Assembly (NCBI GenBank): GCA_963662655.2
Contig: CAXXTU010000002.1
Location: 384,001 to 448,000 of the forward strand
Length of the DNA stretch: 64,000 nt
From: Candidatus Cloacimonadales bacterium
GTDB taxonomy: Bacteria; Cloacimonadota; Cloacimonadia; Cloacimonadales; JAIOQZ01
Direction: 5' to 3'
The translations under genes were made by a program, and so were the position numbers. The notes under the pieces are model-generated. The model saw only the letters and a list, made by a program, of their open reading frames with translations, was not told where the DNA came from and searched no databases. Shown piece after piece: positions 10,054 through 19,530 of this stretch (position 1 is the stretch's first letter; every line of letters starts with the position of its first letter).

Positions 10054-11805
10054 TTATCTCCCTTTGCGCAGGAATACCGGGATCAGGTCGGAGCGTTTGG
10101 CCTGCTTCAGGGCTTCCTGAACGATCTTGCGATTCTCTGGGAGAAACCACTGCAGGAGCGCTTTCATGAGCCTGATTTCCCTGCCTTTTGGTATGTGGAC
10201 TTTCTGATTGGTGGATGGATCGACGCCGGTGAAGTACATGCATGTGCTACGCGTCATGGGTGTCGGGGTAAACTGTTGGATCTGCCTGACGTGCAGGTTG
10301 TTCCTGTTCAGCCAGAGAGCCAGTTCCACGGTGTCCTGAAGCTCTTCTCCCGGATGCCCCGCGATGAGATAGGGCAGGACGTATTGCTTCTTTCCTGCGT
10401 TGCGCGACTGCTCCTCGAAGACCGAGCAGAAGGCGTCGTACGGCTTGTTCCCTGGTTTGTTCATGTGCTTGAGGACGTTGGTCGAACGGTGCTCGGGTGC
10501 GAGCTTCAGGTGTCCGCCGGTGTATTTCTTCGCCAGTTCACCGATGAACCTGCGGTCTTTCAAGGCCAGGTCGAAGCGGATGCCGGAAGCGATGAAGAGG
10601 TTTTTCACGCCCGGAATGTTCGCGGCGCTGTTGAGCAGATTCATATACTCTCGGTGGTCCGTGATCAGAAATGGGCACACATCCGGCACCAGGCACGACG
10701 TGCGCTTGCAGTCGGCAGGGAAACCGCGCTTGCAGGCGAGACCGTACATGTTGGCGGTCGGGCCACCGATGTCGGTGATAGTCCCGCGGAAATGCTTTTC
10801 CTTCGCCAGGTTGCGGATTTCTTCCATGATCGATTCGCTACTGCGTGATCGGATGGCGCGTCCCTGGTGATACGCCAGCGCGCAGAAATTGCATCCGCCG
10901 AAGCAGCCCCGGTGCGCGGTGATAGAGTGCTGTATTTGCTCGAATGCCGGGATCCGCTCACCTTTATATATCGGATGAGGCTGATGGGAAAACGGCAGCC
11001 GGTACAACGCGTCCAGCTCCTCGGTGGCGAGAGGCTCCGAAGGCTGATAGTGCACGAGCTTTCTTCCCGCGAATTCCTGAACGAGGGTGTGCTCCTTGAA
11101 ATGCCTGTCGAATTCCTGAAACAGTTTCAGATAGCCTTCGGGCGATTTCGATTGTTCCCATGTGGGCAGCAATATCCCGTCGATATCCCCATTCGAAGGG
11201 AGCGACACAACCGTTCCCGGTATGCCATCCAGGGAGGTGCCGTTGTGAATGCGCTGCGCGATTTCGATGATCGCTCGCTCGCCCATTCCGTACACCAGGA
11301 TGTCGGCTCGCGCCTCGGGGAGAATGCTGTTGCGCACCTTCTCCGTCCAGTAGTCGTAGTGGGGGATACGTCTCAGTGATGCCTCGATGCCGCCCAGGAC
11401 GATGGGTGCGTCCTTAAAGATTCGCTTGATTGCCTGCGCATACACGATTGTTGCCCTGTCAGGGCGTTTGCCACCGACATTCCCGGGGGTATAGGCGTCG
11501 TCGGAGCGAGGCTTGCGCATGGCCGTGTAGTTCGCCACGAGCGAATCGACATTGCCTGCCGTAACACCGAAGAAGAGTCGCGGCTGCCCGAGCTGCGTAT
11601 AATCGGCATCGTTCTGCGGTTGCGCGACGATTCCGGTACGGAAACCGTGGTGGATCAGCCAGCGTGCCAGCAGCGCTGCGCCGAAGGAGGGATGATCCAC
11701 GTATGCGTCGCCCGAAACGATGATCACGTCGAGCGCGTCCCAGCCGAGCTTGTTCATCTCGGCGCGGGTCATGGGAGGAAATGGAGGCTGCGTTATCTTC
11801 TGCAT
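10054..11805 (-). CDS. ygiQ: YgiQ (UPF0313) family radical SAM protein
   Basis: [52 protein letters not shown]. Confidence 0.92.
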   Translation of the reverse strand: MQKITQPPFPPMTRAEMNKLGWDALDVIIVSGDAYVDHPSFGAALLARWLIHHGFRTGIVAQPQNDADYTQLGQPRLFFGVTAGNVDSLVANYTAMRKPRSDDAYTPGNVGGKRPDRATIVYAQAIKRIFKDAPIVLGGIEASLRRIPHYDYWTEKVRNSILPEARADILVYGMGERAIIEIAQRIHNGTSLDGIPGTVVSLPSNGDIDGILLPTWEQSKSPEGYLKLFQEFDRHFKEHTLVQEFAGRKLVHYQPSEPLATEELDALYRLPFSHQPHPIYKGERIPAFEQIQHSITAHRGCFGGCNFCALAYHQGRAIRSRSSESIMEEIRNLAKEKHFRGTITDIGGPTANMYGLACKRGFPADCKRTSCLVPDVCPFLITDHREYMNLLNSAANIPGVKNLFIASGIRFDLALKDRRFIGELAKKYTGGHLKLAPEHRSTNVLKHMNKPGNKPYDAFCSVFEEQSRNAGKKQYVLPYLIAGHPGEELQDTVELALWLNRNNLHVRQIQQFTPTPMTRSTCMYFTGVDPSTNQKVHIPKGREIRLMKALLQWFLPENRKIVQEALKQAKRSDLIPVFLRKGR

Positions 11806-12056
11806 GGGATTAGAAAAAACGGATGGCCGGAATCGTCAATGAAAATAGAGCATGAGTAATACCAAACGTGAATCAAATCACTTCTTGTGTCTCCTGCCTC
11901 TTTTTGTTTCTCTGAATAGATGAATCACGAGATAGAATACACACGAATGTATAAAAATGGTTTACTTTACGGATTAAGAGAACAATTATACTGGAGAATG
12001 TCGATACACTTGACATATTGCTACTGAAAAGCAAGATTACCAAGGAGGTGTTAATC

Positions 12057-12548
12057 ATGTACAGAATGGACCAACAATATCTCAAAATCAAGTATTTTCG
12101 TTTTAAGCAAGCCCTTGATATAATATGTAAGATATCAGACAATCCTTCAATAATCAAGAGTGTAACAGGTCATGGAGAAACTCCGTATAATAATATTGAT
12201 TGGATGGAGCTTAAGGCCAGTAATAATATTATTTATTTTGTCGCCATTATTTCCGCATTTGAGGAGCTGTTGTCACAAATAATCAGGGAGTGTGGAGAGA
12301 AACATAAGAGAAGCAAATTGAGGAGAAAAAGCATTCGAGAGATAACAGAATTAACGTTTCAGCATCTTGTGCCTGATGGTTTCTTTTGCTCTGAAAGCTG
12401 GAAACTTATTGGTCGGTATTGGCAAATACGAAATGCAATTGTACATAACGGAGCAGATGTTGATCTTGTAAATGATGAAGTAAGAGCGTTTGTGAAGGAT
12501 AGTGAATCATTTAACGAGAAAGTTCGAATCGAAACAACTAATGGTTAA
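12057..12548 (+). CDS. HEPN-like protein in a low-GC islet; possibly truncated by a nonsense codon (frame stays open to 12680)
   Basis: AAGGAGGTG SD before ATG 12057; upstream helix ISAFEELL and Rx4H motif RNAIVH; AT-rich relative to flanks. Confidence 0.6.
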   Translation: MYRMDQQYLKIKYFRFKQALDIICKISDNPSIIKSVTGHGETPYNNIDWMELKASNNIIYFVAIISAFEELLSQIIRECGEKHKRSKLRRKSIREITELTFQHLVPDGFFCSESWKLIGRYWQIRNAIVHNGADVDLVNDEVRAFVKDSESFNEKVRIETTNG

Positions 12549-12708
12549 GTAACAAAAGTAACAAGCAGGTTATTTGTTACGGACCATCAATGCTTGATAG
12601 AGTTAATGAAAACAATATCAGAGATAGCTGATATACTAGTTGATAGTATTGTTAAGTGTGAATTTGAGAATAGCAGATAGTTTGTGCATACTATCATTGA
12701 TCTTCAAT

Positions 12709-12733
12709 AAGCTTCCTGGCGACCAGGAAGCTT
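12709..12733. other. Perfect 11-bp hairpin downstream of the HEPN-like gene (possible terminator)
   Basis: AAGCTTCCTGG-CGA-CCAGGAAGCTT. Confidence 0.45.
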
Positions 12734-12829
12734 CTGTTGATGCGGTAAGGAGGGGGCAGAAGGGAGTTGCTGCTGCCGATCTTCCATCCTGCTTATCTTG
12801 CCAATCCTCCAAATCGTGGTTCAGACATG

Positions 12830-12857
12830 AAAACGCTCCCGATTTCTCGGGAGCGTT
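12830..12857 (-). terminator. Intrinsic terminator of the hydrogenase operon
   Basis: AACGCTCCCGA/TCGGGAGCGTT stem ending in a short T-run on the minus strand, about 30 nt after the hydA stop. Confidence 0.65.
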
Positions 12858-12884
12858 CATCATATTTTCACTCAACTCAATGGT

Positions 12885-14672
12885 CTAGTGATCTTCGCAT
12901 TTGAAGCTTTCGACAACTTGGCCTTTGAATTTCTCGCGTTTGTAGTAGTGGGTATGAAGCAGCTTGTGCGCCTTGTGCGAACCCGGTTTTTCGAGGAAGT
13001 CCTGATATATCTTGGCGATCATCGGGTTGTGGTGCGAGCAGCGCTTCGGCAGATCACGGTCGTCCTGGTAGAGACTCTGGCCACGGCGAGCGCGCATGGC
13101 GAGGCTGCTACCGAACGGCTGTCCGCCGCCGCCGACGCAACCGCCGGGGCAAGCCATCACTTCGACGAAGTGATATTCGCTCTTGCCGGTTTCGTCGATC
13201 TGCTTCTGGATTTTTTCCATAAGCTTGCGTGCGTTGCCGAGTCCGTGCGCGACAGCGACCTTGAGGGTCAGATCGTCGTTGATCTTCACGGCTGCTTCCT
13301 TGACGCCTTCCATACCGCGGACGGCGGTGATGTTGACATCGGGGAGGTCGTTTCCGGTTACGAGGTAGTACGCGCTACGAAGAGCAGCTTCCATAACACC
13401 GCCGGTTGCGCCGAAGATGGTCGCGGCGCCGGTGTGCTCGGAGAGCTCGAGGCACACGTCATGATGATCAGGAAGATTCGGGAAATCGATACCGGCTTCA
13501 TTGATCATGCGTACCAGTTCACGGGTGGTGAGGACCACGTCGACATCCTGGTAGCCTGAATCAGCCATTTCTTCACGCTGGCACTCGAATTTCTTCGCGG
13601 TACAGGGCATGATGGAAACGGAGAAGATTTTGGAGGGATCGATACCTTTGAGTTCTGCGTAGTAGGTCTTGGCGAGTGCGCCCATCATCTGCTGCGGTGA
13701 TTTCGCGGTGGAAACGTTGCAAGCGAGACGCGGGAAATAGGTTTCCATGAACTTGATCCAGCCCGGTGAGCAGGACGTGATACACGGAAGGTTCTTGGTT
13801 CCGGCGACGATACGTCCGACAACCTCGGTTCCCTCTTCCATGATGGTGAGGTCGGCCGAGAAGTTTGTGTCGAAGATCGAGTCGAATCCGAGCATTTTCA
13901 GCGCGGTGTACATCTTGGCGGTAGTAACGGCGCCAACGCCCATGCCCCATTCTTCACCGAGTGAAGCACGGATGGATGGAGCTTCCTGAACGACAACGTG
14001 CTTCTCGGGATCCAGAAGAGCATCCCATACACGTTCGGTGTCGTCTTTCTCATGAAGCGCGCCCGTCGGGCAGTAAACGGTACACTGACCGCAGTTGACG
14101 CATGCGCTGCTGGCCATTCCCAAGGAGAGAACGGTGTCGACGTGTGCATCGAATCCGCGTTCGGCGAACGTAAGCGCGTTCACGGTCTGAATGTCGTTAC
14201 AAACCTGAATACAGCGACCGCAGTTGATACATTTGTTTACGTCACGGATGATCGAAACGCTGCTGTAATCGACTGGCTTTTTTTCCAGGATTTTCGGGAC
14301 GGCGTTGGGATCGATATCCATGGTGTAGGCGATGCTCTGGAGCTCGCATTTTCCGTTTGCCACACAGGTGGGGCATGCGACGTCGTGGTTCGAGAGGATC
14401 ATCTCGATGACGGTCTTGCGGATGGAGCGCAGCATCTTGCTGTTTGTCTTGATCTTCATTCCGTTCCAAACCGGAGTGCTGCAAGCACGCTTCGGAGTCG
14501 GGGTGCCTTCGATCTCGACAACGCAAACACCGCAGGCGGCGGTGGGCTTCAGATCCTCGTGGTAGCACAAGGTCGGAATATTGATGCCGACTTTCTTTGC
14601 GGCTTCAATGATGGTCGTACCCTGGGGTACTTCCGCCATGATTCCATTTATTTCAACAGTTACATTGCTCAT
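12885..14672 (-). CDS. hydA: [FeFe]-hydrogenase catalytic subunit (group A, HydA/HndD-like)
   Basis: H-cluster motifs TSCSPGW, MPCTAKKFE, EVMACPGGCVGGGGQP; N-terminal 2Fe-2S, His-ligated 4Fe-4S (HDVACPTCVANGKC) and 2x4Fe-4S; ATG 14672 with AGGGAG SD. Confidence 0.96.
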   Translation of the reverse strand: MSNVTVEINGIMAEVPQGTTIIEAAKKVGINIPTLCYHEDLKPTAACGVCVVEIEGTPTPKRACSTPVWNGMKIKTNSKMLRSIRKTVIEMILSNHDVACPTCVANGKCELQSIAYTMDIDPNAVPKILEKKPVDYSSVSIIRDVNKCINCGRCIQVCNDIQTVNALTFAERGFDAHVDTVLSLGMASSACVNCGQCTVYCPTGALHEKDDTERVWDALLDPEKHVVVQEAPSIRASLGEEWGMGVGAVTTAKMYTALKMLGFDSIFDTNFSADLTIMEEGTEVVGRIVAGTKNLPCITSCSPGWIKFMETYFPRLACNVSTAKSPQQMMGALAKTYYAELKGIDPSKIFSVSIMPCTAKKFECQREEMADSGYQDVDVVLTTRELVRMINEAGIDFPNLPDHHDVCLELSEHTGAATIFGATGGVMEAALRSAYYLVTGNDLPDVNITAVRGMEGVKEAAVKINDDLTLKVAVAHGLGNARKLMEKIQKQIDETGKSEYHFVEVMACPGGCVGGGGQPFGSSLAMRARRGQSLYQDDRDLPKRCSHHNPMIAKIYQDFLEKPGSHKAHKLLHTHYYKREKFKGQVVESFKCEDH

Positions 14673-14691
14673 TGACAATCTCCCTTTGTGG

Positions 14692-16254
14692 TTATGCCTT
14701 AATCCGGTTCAAGAAATCTTCCCGGAAGTTCTCAATCGCGCTTTTCACGGGCATGATCAAGGATTGACCCAATGCGCAGAACGAAGTTTTGAACATTGCA
14801 TCAGCGATGATGATCATCTGATCCAGGTCTTCTTCGGTTGCTTTGCCATTACGTACTTTCTTAACAAGCCGGGTGAGCTGCTGCGTACCGAGGCGGCAGG
14901 GGCTGCAGCGTCCGCATGATTCGTGACGGAAGAACTTGATGATCGAGTAGAGCATCTCGACCATGTCGGTGTCTTCGCCCATCACGAGGATAGCGCCGGA
15001 GCCAAGGACAGCTGCGTATTCGGCAAGGCTGTTATAGTCCATTTTTACATTCAGAAGCGAATCGGGCAGAATCACGCCGGCCGCGCCACCCACGAGGGCG
15101 GCTTTGAAGCGCTTGCCGTCTTTCATTCCGCCACCGAAGTCGTTGATGATGCTACGAAGTGTGGTTCCCATGGGAACTTCGGTCAGGCCGGGAGTTGCCA
15201 CGTCGCCAAGGATCGTGTAAACCTTGGTTCCAGGTGATTTTTCCGGTCCGATCTTGGAGTACCACTCACCGCCTTTAGCGATGATGGCGGGAACGTTCGC
15301 CAGCGTCTCGACGTTGTTGACAACGGTCGGTTTTTTCCAGGCGCCTTCGACACCCGGGAACGGCGGCTTGCTGCGCGGGATACCGCGGTTACCTTCCATC
15401 GATTCGATCAGAGCGGTTTCCTCGCCGCACACGTATGCGCCAGCGCCGATCTTGATGTCGATGTCCAGACTGAAGCCGGATCCGAAGATGTTCTCTCCGA
15501 GGATGCCGTAATCCTTGGCCTGTGCGATTGCTTTGAGTGTTCGTTCAATACAGAGCTTGTATTCGCCACGGATATAGATGTAGGCCTTGCTTGCGCCGAC
15601 AGCGTATGCACAGAGCATGACGCCTTCGAGCAATTTGTGCGGGTCGCCTTCCATGATCAGACGATCTTTGAAAGTTCCCGGCTCGCCTTCATCCGCGTTG
15701 ACAACAACCAGCTTCTCCTTGGCTTCGAGAGGAGCGGTAAAACTCCACTTGAGGCCGGTGGGGAATCCGGCGCCGCCACGACCGCGAAGACCTGACTTCT
15801 TCACCTCGTCAACGATGTCCATGGGCTTCATGCCGGTGAGGGCTTTTTCCCAGGCTTCGTAACCGCCAACCGCAAGGTATTCGTCGATGTTTTCGGGATC
15901 GATGATACCGGAGTTGTTGAGCACGATACGTTTGTCGTATGCGAAGTCGTACTGTCCTGATTCGGGTGCGTTGTAGATCAGGCGTTTCAGAGGTCTTCCC
16001 TTGAGGAAGTGCTCTTCAACGATTTCAGGGATATCTTCAGCTTTGACGTTGGCGTAGGTCGTGTTGTCCGGATAGACCTGGAAGCAGACGCCTTTTCCGA
16101 AATAGCCCAGGGGGCCGGTCTCGAGAATCGATACTTCTTCTTCCAGTTCCTTACGGGCAAGCTCGCTGCGAAGCGCGTTGAGCACTTCTTTCACGCCAGC
16201 CTGTACGGCAGATTCATCCACTCCGACGAGCACGTGTGTTCTGAAATATTTCAT
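14692..16254 (-). CDS. hydB: NuoF/HydB-like flavin subunit, short form (copy 2)
   Basis: SGLRGRGGAGFPTG, NADEGEPGTFKDR, GAGAYVCGEET, ESCGRCSPCR; lacks the N-terminal 2Fe-2S Cys set and the C-terminal ferredoxin domain. Confidence 0.9.
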   Translation of the reverse strand: MKYFRTHVLVGVDESAVQAGVKEVLNALRSELARKELEEEVSILETGPLGYFGKGVCFQVYPDNTTYANVKAEDIPEIVEEHFLKGRPLKRLIYNAPESGQYDFAYDKRIVLNNSGIIDPENIDEYLAVGGYEAWEKALTGMKPMDIVDEVKKSGLRGRGGAGFPTGLKWSFTAPLEAKEKLVVVNADEGEPGTFKDRLIMEGDPHKLLEGVMLCAYAVGASKAYIYIRGEYKLCIERTLKAIAQAKDYGILGENIFGSGFSLDIDIKIGAGAYVCGEETALIESMEGNRGIPRSKPPFPGVEGAWKKPTVVNNVETLANVPAIIAKGGEWYSKIGPEKSPGTKVYTILGDVATPGLTEVPMGTTLRSIINDFGGGMKDGKRFKAALVGGAAGVILPDSLLNVKMDYNSLAEYAAVLGSGAILVMGEDTDMVEMLYSIIKFFRHESCGRCSPCRLGTQQLTRLVKKVRNGKATEEDLDQMIIIADAMFKTSFCALGQSLIMPVKSAIENFREDFLNRIKA

Positions 16255-16709
16255 TACTCACCTCCCCGGATTCGATCAATGATCTTTGCGACTTTTTCCT
16301 CGGTAAGATCGCCGTAAACGTCCTCGTTAATCATCATAACCGGTGCGTTTCCGCAAACACCAAGGCATGCACACAGCTCAAGTGTGAAAAGCCCGTCTTT
16401 GGTGGTCTCGCCTTCTTTGACATCCAGAACCTTCTCGAGTTGCTTGAGAATCTTCTCGGATCCCTTCAGGAAGCATGGTGGAGATTCGCAAAGACGAATG
16501 ATGTTCTTACCGCGAGGCTTTGTGCTGTACATGGTGTAGAACGTCAATACGCCGTAAATGTGATTCACGGGTACGCGAAGATATTCACTGACTTTGGCCA
16601 CCGCTTCTTCACTGATATACTGCTGAGGATGCGTATCCTGAATATCGTGAAGAATATAGATCAGGTTTTCCTTGTCAGGCGAATACTTCTTGAAGATTTC
16701 TTCGTACAT
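16254..16709 (-). CDS. hydC: NuoE/HydC-like 2Fe-2S subunit (copy 2)
   Basis: VLTFYTMY, CESPPC, CLGVCGNAP; ATG 16709 with AAGGAG SD. Confidence 0.9.
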   Translation of the reverse strand: MYEEIFKKYSPDKENLIYILHDIQDTHPQQYISEEAVAKVSEYLRVPVNHIYGVLTFYTMYSTKPRGKNIIRLCESPPCFLKGSEKILKQLEKVLDVKEGETTKDGLFTLELCACLGVCGNAPVMMINEDVYGDLTEEKVAKIIDRIRGGE

Positions 16710-16740
16710 ATCCACTCCTTATCTATGATTTACGTGAGGT

Positions 16741-18588
16741 CTAGTCCTCTTCTTCAACCAGCGTCTTTTTGTATTCGCGGTATTCGGGGCTGATGCCGGG
16801 AAGAAGATGCACGGCGTGAACCGGGCACACTTCCTTGCAGTTACCACATTTGACGCATGGTATCTGATCAATGATATACTTGTCCTGGCGATTTCCGGAG
16901 ATGCACTGAACCGGGCAGTTCTTCGCGCAGAGTCCACAGCCGATACACTTGTCGGTATCGATGCTGAAGTGGATCAACGGCAGGCAGACTTTCGCGGGGC
17001 AGGTCTTCTCGCGGATGTGCGCTTCATACTCGTTACGGAAGTAGCGAATCGTGCTAAGAACCGGGTTCGGAGCCGTCTGACCAAGTCCACAGAGTGACGT
17101 GGTGCAGATCGACTTACCAAGGCGTTCCAGTTCTTCGATGTCGCCTTCTTCGCCTTCGCCGCTGGTGATCTTTTCCAGAAGCTTGTGCATCTGTTTCAGA
17201 CCGAGGCGGCAGGGGGCGCATTTTCCGCATGATTCATCGACGGAGAATTCCAGGAAGAATTTAGCCACGTTGACCATACAGTTGGAATCGTTCATCACGA
17301 TAACACCGCCTGATCCCATCATAGCGCCTTTTTCCTTGAGTGATTCATAGTCGATCTTCACATCGAGATGTTCGTTGGTGAGGCAACCGCCGGAAGGTCC
17401 GCCAAGCTGAACGGCTTTGAACTTACGACCATCGGAAATTCCGCCGCCAACCTCGAAGATCAGTTCGCGAAGGCTGATGCCCATCGGAACCTCGACGAGG
17501 CCGGTGTTGTTCACGTCGCCGGTGAGTGCGAACACCTTTGTACCCTTGCTGGTCGGAGTACCCATGGAAGCAAACCAGTCGGCTCCCTTGAGGAAGATGC
17601 GAGGCAGGTTCGCCATGGTTTCCACGTTGTTGACCAGGGTGGGTTGTCCCCAGAGACCGGACTGAGCCGGGTACGGGGGTTTCGGGGTTGGCTGTCCGCG
17701 TTTTCCTTCGATGGAAGCGATCAGCGCGGTCTCTTCTCCGCAGACGAATGCGCCTGCGCCGGTGCGAACTTCCGCATCGAACGAGAAGCCGCTATCGAAG
17801 ATGTTTTCTCCAAGCAGACCGAATTCTTTTGCCTGCTCGATCGCCAGCTTGATGCGGCGGATTGCCAAAGGATACTCGGCACGGATGTAGAAGAAGCCTT
17901 TCGATGCGCCAACGGCGTAAGCGGCGATCATCATGCCTTCCAATACCCTGTGCGGGTCGCCTTCGAGCAGCGAGCGGTCCATGAACGCTCCCGGGTCGCC
18001 CTCGTCGCCATTACAGATGACGTACTTGGGATCGCCTTGTGCGTTCAACACGTGCTGCCACTTGATGCCGGTGGGGAATCCACCGCCGCCACGGCCACGC
18101 AAGCCGGATTCTTTAACGAGATCGACAGCTTTCTGCGGGGTCATGCCGGTCAACACGTTTCCGAGCGCTTCATATCCGCCCAATGCTATGTATTCCTCGA
18201 CTTTTTCGGGATCGAGGTACCCGCAATTCTCAAGAGCAACCTTGATCTGCTTGCGGTAGAAGGGAATGTCTTCCTTGGTCGGCAAAACTTTCTCGTCTTC
18301 TTCAAGCATGAGCCGTTTTACGGGACGGCCCTTGATGAAATGCTCTTCGATGATCTCTTCGACGTCTTCCACCGTCACTTTGCGGTAGAAAACGCCTTCC
18401 GGATAAATCATCATGACGGGACCGTAGTCGCACGGGCCCATACATCCGGTTTCGATCAGGTTGATTTCCTGAAGCAGATTGCGTTCTTTCAGTTGATCCT
18501 TAAGCGCTTGTTTGATTTTAAGCGCACCGGCTGAAACGCAACCCGAGCCACAGCAAATCAGGACATCGATACGTTTCAGTGACATCAT
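16741..18588 (-). CDS. hydB: NuoF/HydB-like flavin subunit, full-length form (copy 1)
   Basis: N-terminal CCGSGC...GCMGPC; NGDEGDPGAFMDR; GGPSGG; ESCGKCAPCR; HIREKTCPAKVC; C-terminal 2x4Fe-4S. Confidence 0.93.
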   Translation of the reverse strand: MMSLKRIDVLICCGSGCVSAGALKIKQALKDQLKERNLLQEINLIETGCMGPCDYGPVMMIYPEGVFYRKVTVEDVEEIIEEHFIKGRPVKRLMLEEDEKVLPTKEDIPFYRKQIKVALENCGYLDPEKVEEYIALGGYEALGNVLTGMTPQKAVDLVKESGLRGRGGGGFPTGIKWQHVLNAQGDPKYVICNGDEGDPGAFMDRSLLEGDPHRVLEGMMIAAYAVGASKGFFYIRAEYPLAIRRIKLAIEQAKEFGLLGENIFDSGFSFDAEVRTGAGAFVCGEETALIASIEGKRGQPTPKPPYPAQSGLWGQPTLVNNVETMANLPRIFLKGADWFASMGTPTSKGTKVFALTGDVNNTGLVEVPMGISLRELIFEVGGGISDGRKFKAVQLGGPSGGCLTNEHLDVKIDYESLKEKGAMMGSGGVIVMNDSNCMVNVAKFFLEFSVDESCGKCAPCRLGLKQMHKLLEKITSGEGEEGDIEELERLGKSICTTSLCGLGQTAPNPVLSTIRYFRNEYEAHIREKTCPAKVCLPLIHFSIDTDKCIGCGLCAKNCPVQCISGNRQDKYIIDQIPCVKCGNCKEVCPVHAVHLLPGISPEYREYKKTLVEEED

Positions 18589-18598
18589 TCCCCCTTCG

Positions 18599-18961
18599 TT
18601 ATTCGGATGAGACTACGTATTCGGAGACGACGTTTCCGTTAACGAGATGCTCGACGACAACTTTACGTGCCTTTTCGGGGTTCATATTGCCATAAGTGAT
18701 TTTGGGCTTGCCTTCTTCGAGCACGTCAACGATTGGCTCCATCGAAGAAAGGCCCTTCTCGCCGGTCTGGGTCACAACGACGTCTTTGATCTGACGTTTC
18801 GAAACTTCCTCGAGGAAAGTTTTCATCACTTCGCGTGCGCCCATGGCAATACCGGATGTACCCATACCGACAACGACTTTCAGACGGTAATCGGCATTGC
18901 GCAGGTTCATGTCCTGCTGTGCTTTTTCCCGGATCTTTCTGAGTTCTTCCAAGGTTTTCAT
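18599..18961 (-). CDS. HydD/HndB-like thioredoxin-fold ferredoxin homolog with no cysteines
   Basis: MKTLEELRKIRE...VVVGMGTSGIAMGAR...TQTGEKGLSSMEP...YGNM...EHLVNG matches the family scaffold. Confidence 0.8.
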   Translation of the reverse strand: MKTLEELRKIREKAQQDMNLRNADYRLKVVVGMGTSGIAMGAREVMKTFLEEVSKRQIKDVVVTQTGEKGLSSMEPIVDVLEEGKPKITYGNMNPEKARKVVVEHLVNGNVVSEYVVSSE

Positions 18962-19530
18962 CAGAGTTCCTCCATTTTCGTATTTGTTACGCCTTCATTA
19001 ATAATCTCGGTTAAGAAGCCGATCACGTCCGGATAGGTTATCGGAACGCCATCGAGCTCCTGTTTGATCTCTCTTGTGTCCAGTTCGAAATCCCAGGCAC
19101 CGTTGAATCCTTCCCTTCTTATATAGAACAGGAAGTCGTTCTCCGGATGCCCGATAATTGCGCCCAGCATGGTATCCGCTAGGTTACCCACCGGCATGCG
19201 ATCGATGTGGTCGAACTTGAAATGGGCTACTATCTCGGTTCCCTCGCCCGGGGCGCTGGCGACGGTAAAATCACCGCCGCAGGCTTCCGCGTTTTGCTTG
19301 AAGAGCGGAATCCCCAGCCCGATCTTTTTGATACGCTCACTCTTGGTCGTGTAAAACGGATTGAGTGCGTTCTCTACCGTCTCGCTGTCCATGCCGCAGC
19401 CATTATCTTTCACGCGGAACGATATGCGGTTCCGGGGAACGCTCGCTTTGATCTCGATTTCGACCAGCGATGCCCCAGCACGAACTGAGTTTTCGATCAT
19501 ATCAAGAAGATGGAGGGATATATCCTGCAT
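18961..19530 (-). CDS. Stand-alone HATPase_c (histidine-kinase-like ATPase) of hydrogenase operons
   Basis: N-box DMIENSVRAGA, G1 DNGCGM, F-box PFYTTK, G2 GLGIPL; no DHp domain; TAATG coupling to upstream gene. Confidence 0.88.
   Translation of the reverse strand: MQDISLHLLDMIENSVRAGASLVEIEIKASVPRNRISFRVKDNGCGMDSETVENALNPFYTTKSERIKKIGLGIPLFKQNAEACGGDFTVASAPGEGTEIVAHFKFDHIDRMPVGNLADTMLGAIIGHPENDFLFYIRREGFNGAWDFELDTREIKQELDGVPITYPDVIGFLTEIINEGVTNTKMEEL

Noticed and set aside
11873..12888. Small ORFs 11873-12157 (-), 12636-12875 (-) and 12640-12888 (+)
   Set aside because: No recognisable motifs; they overlap the HEPN-like gene, hairpins and the hydA terminator
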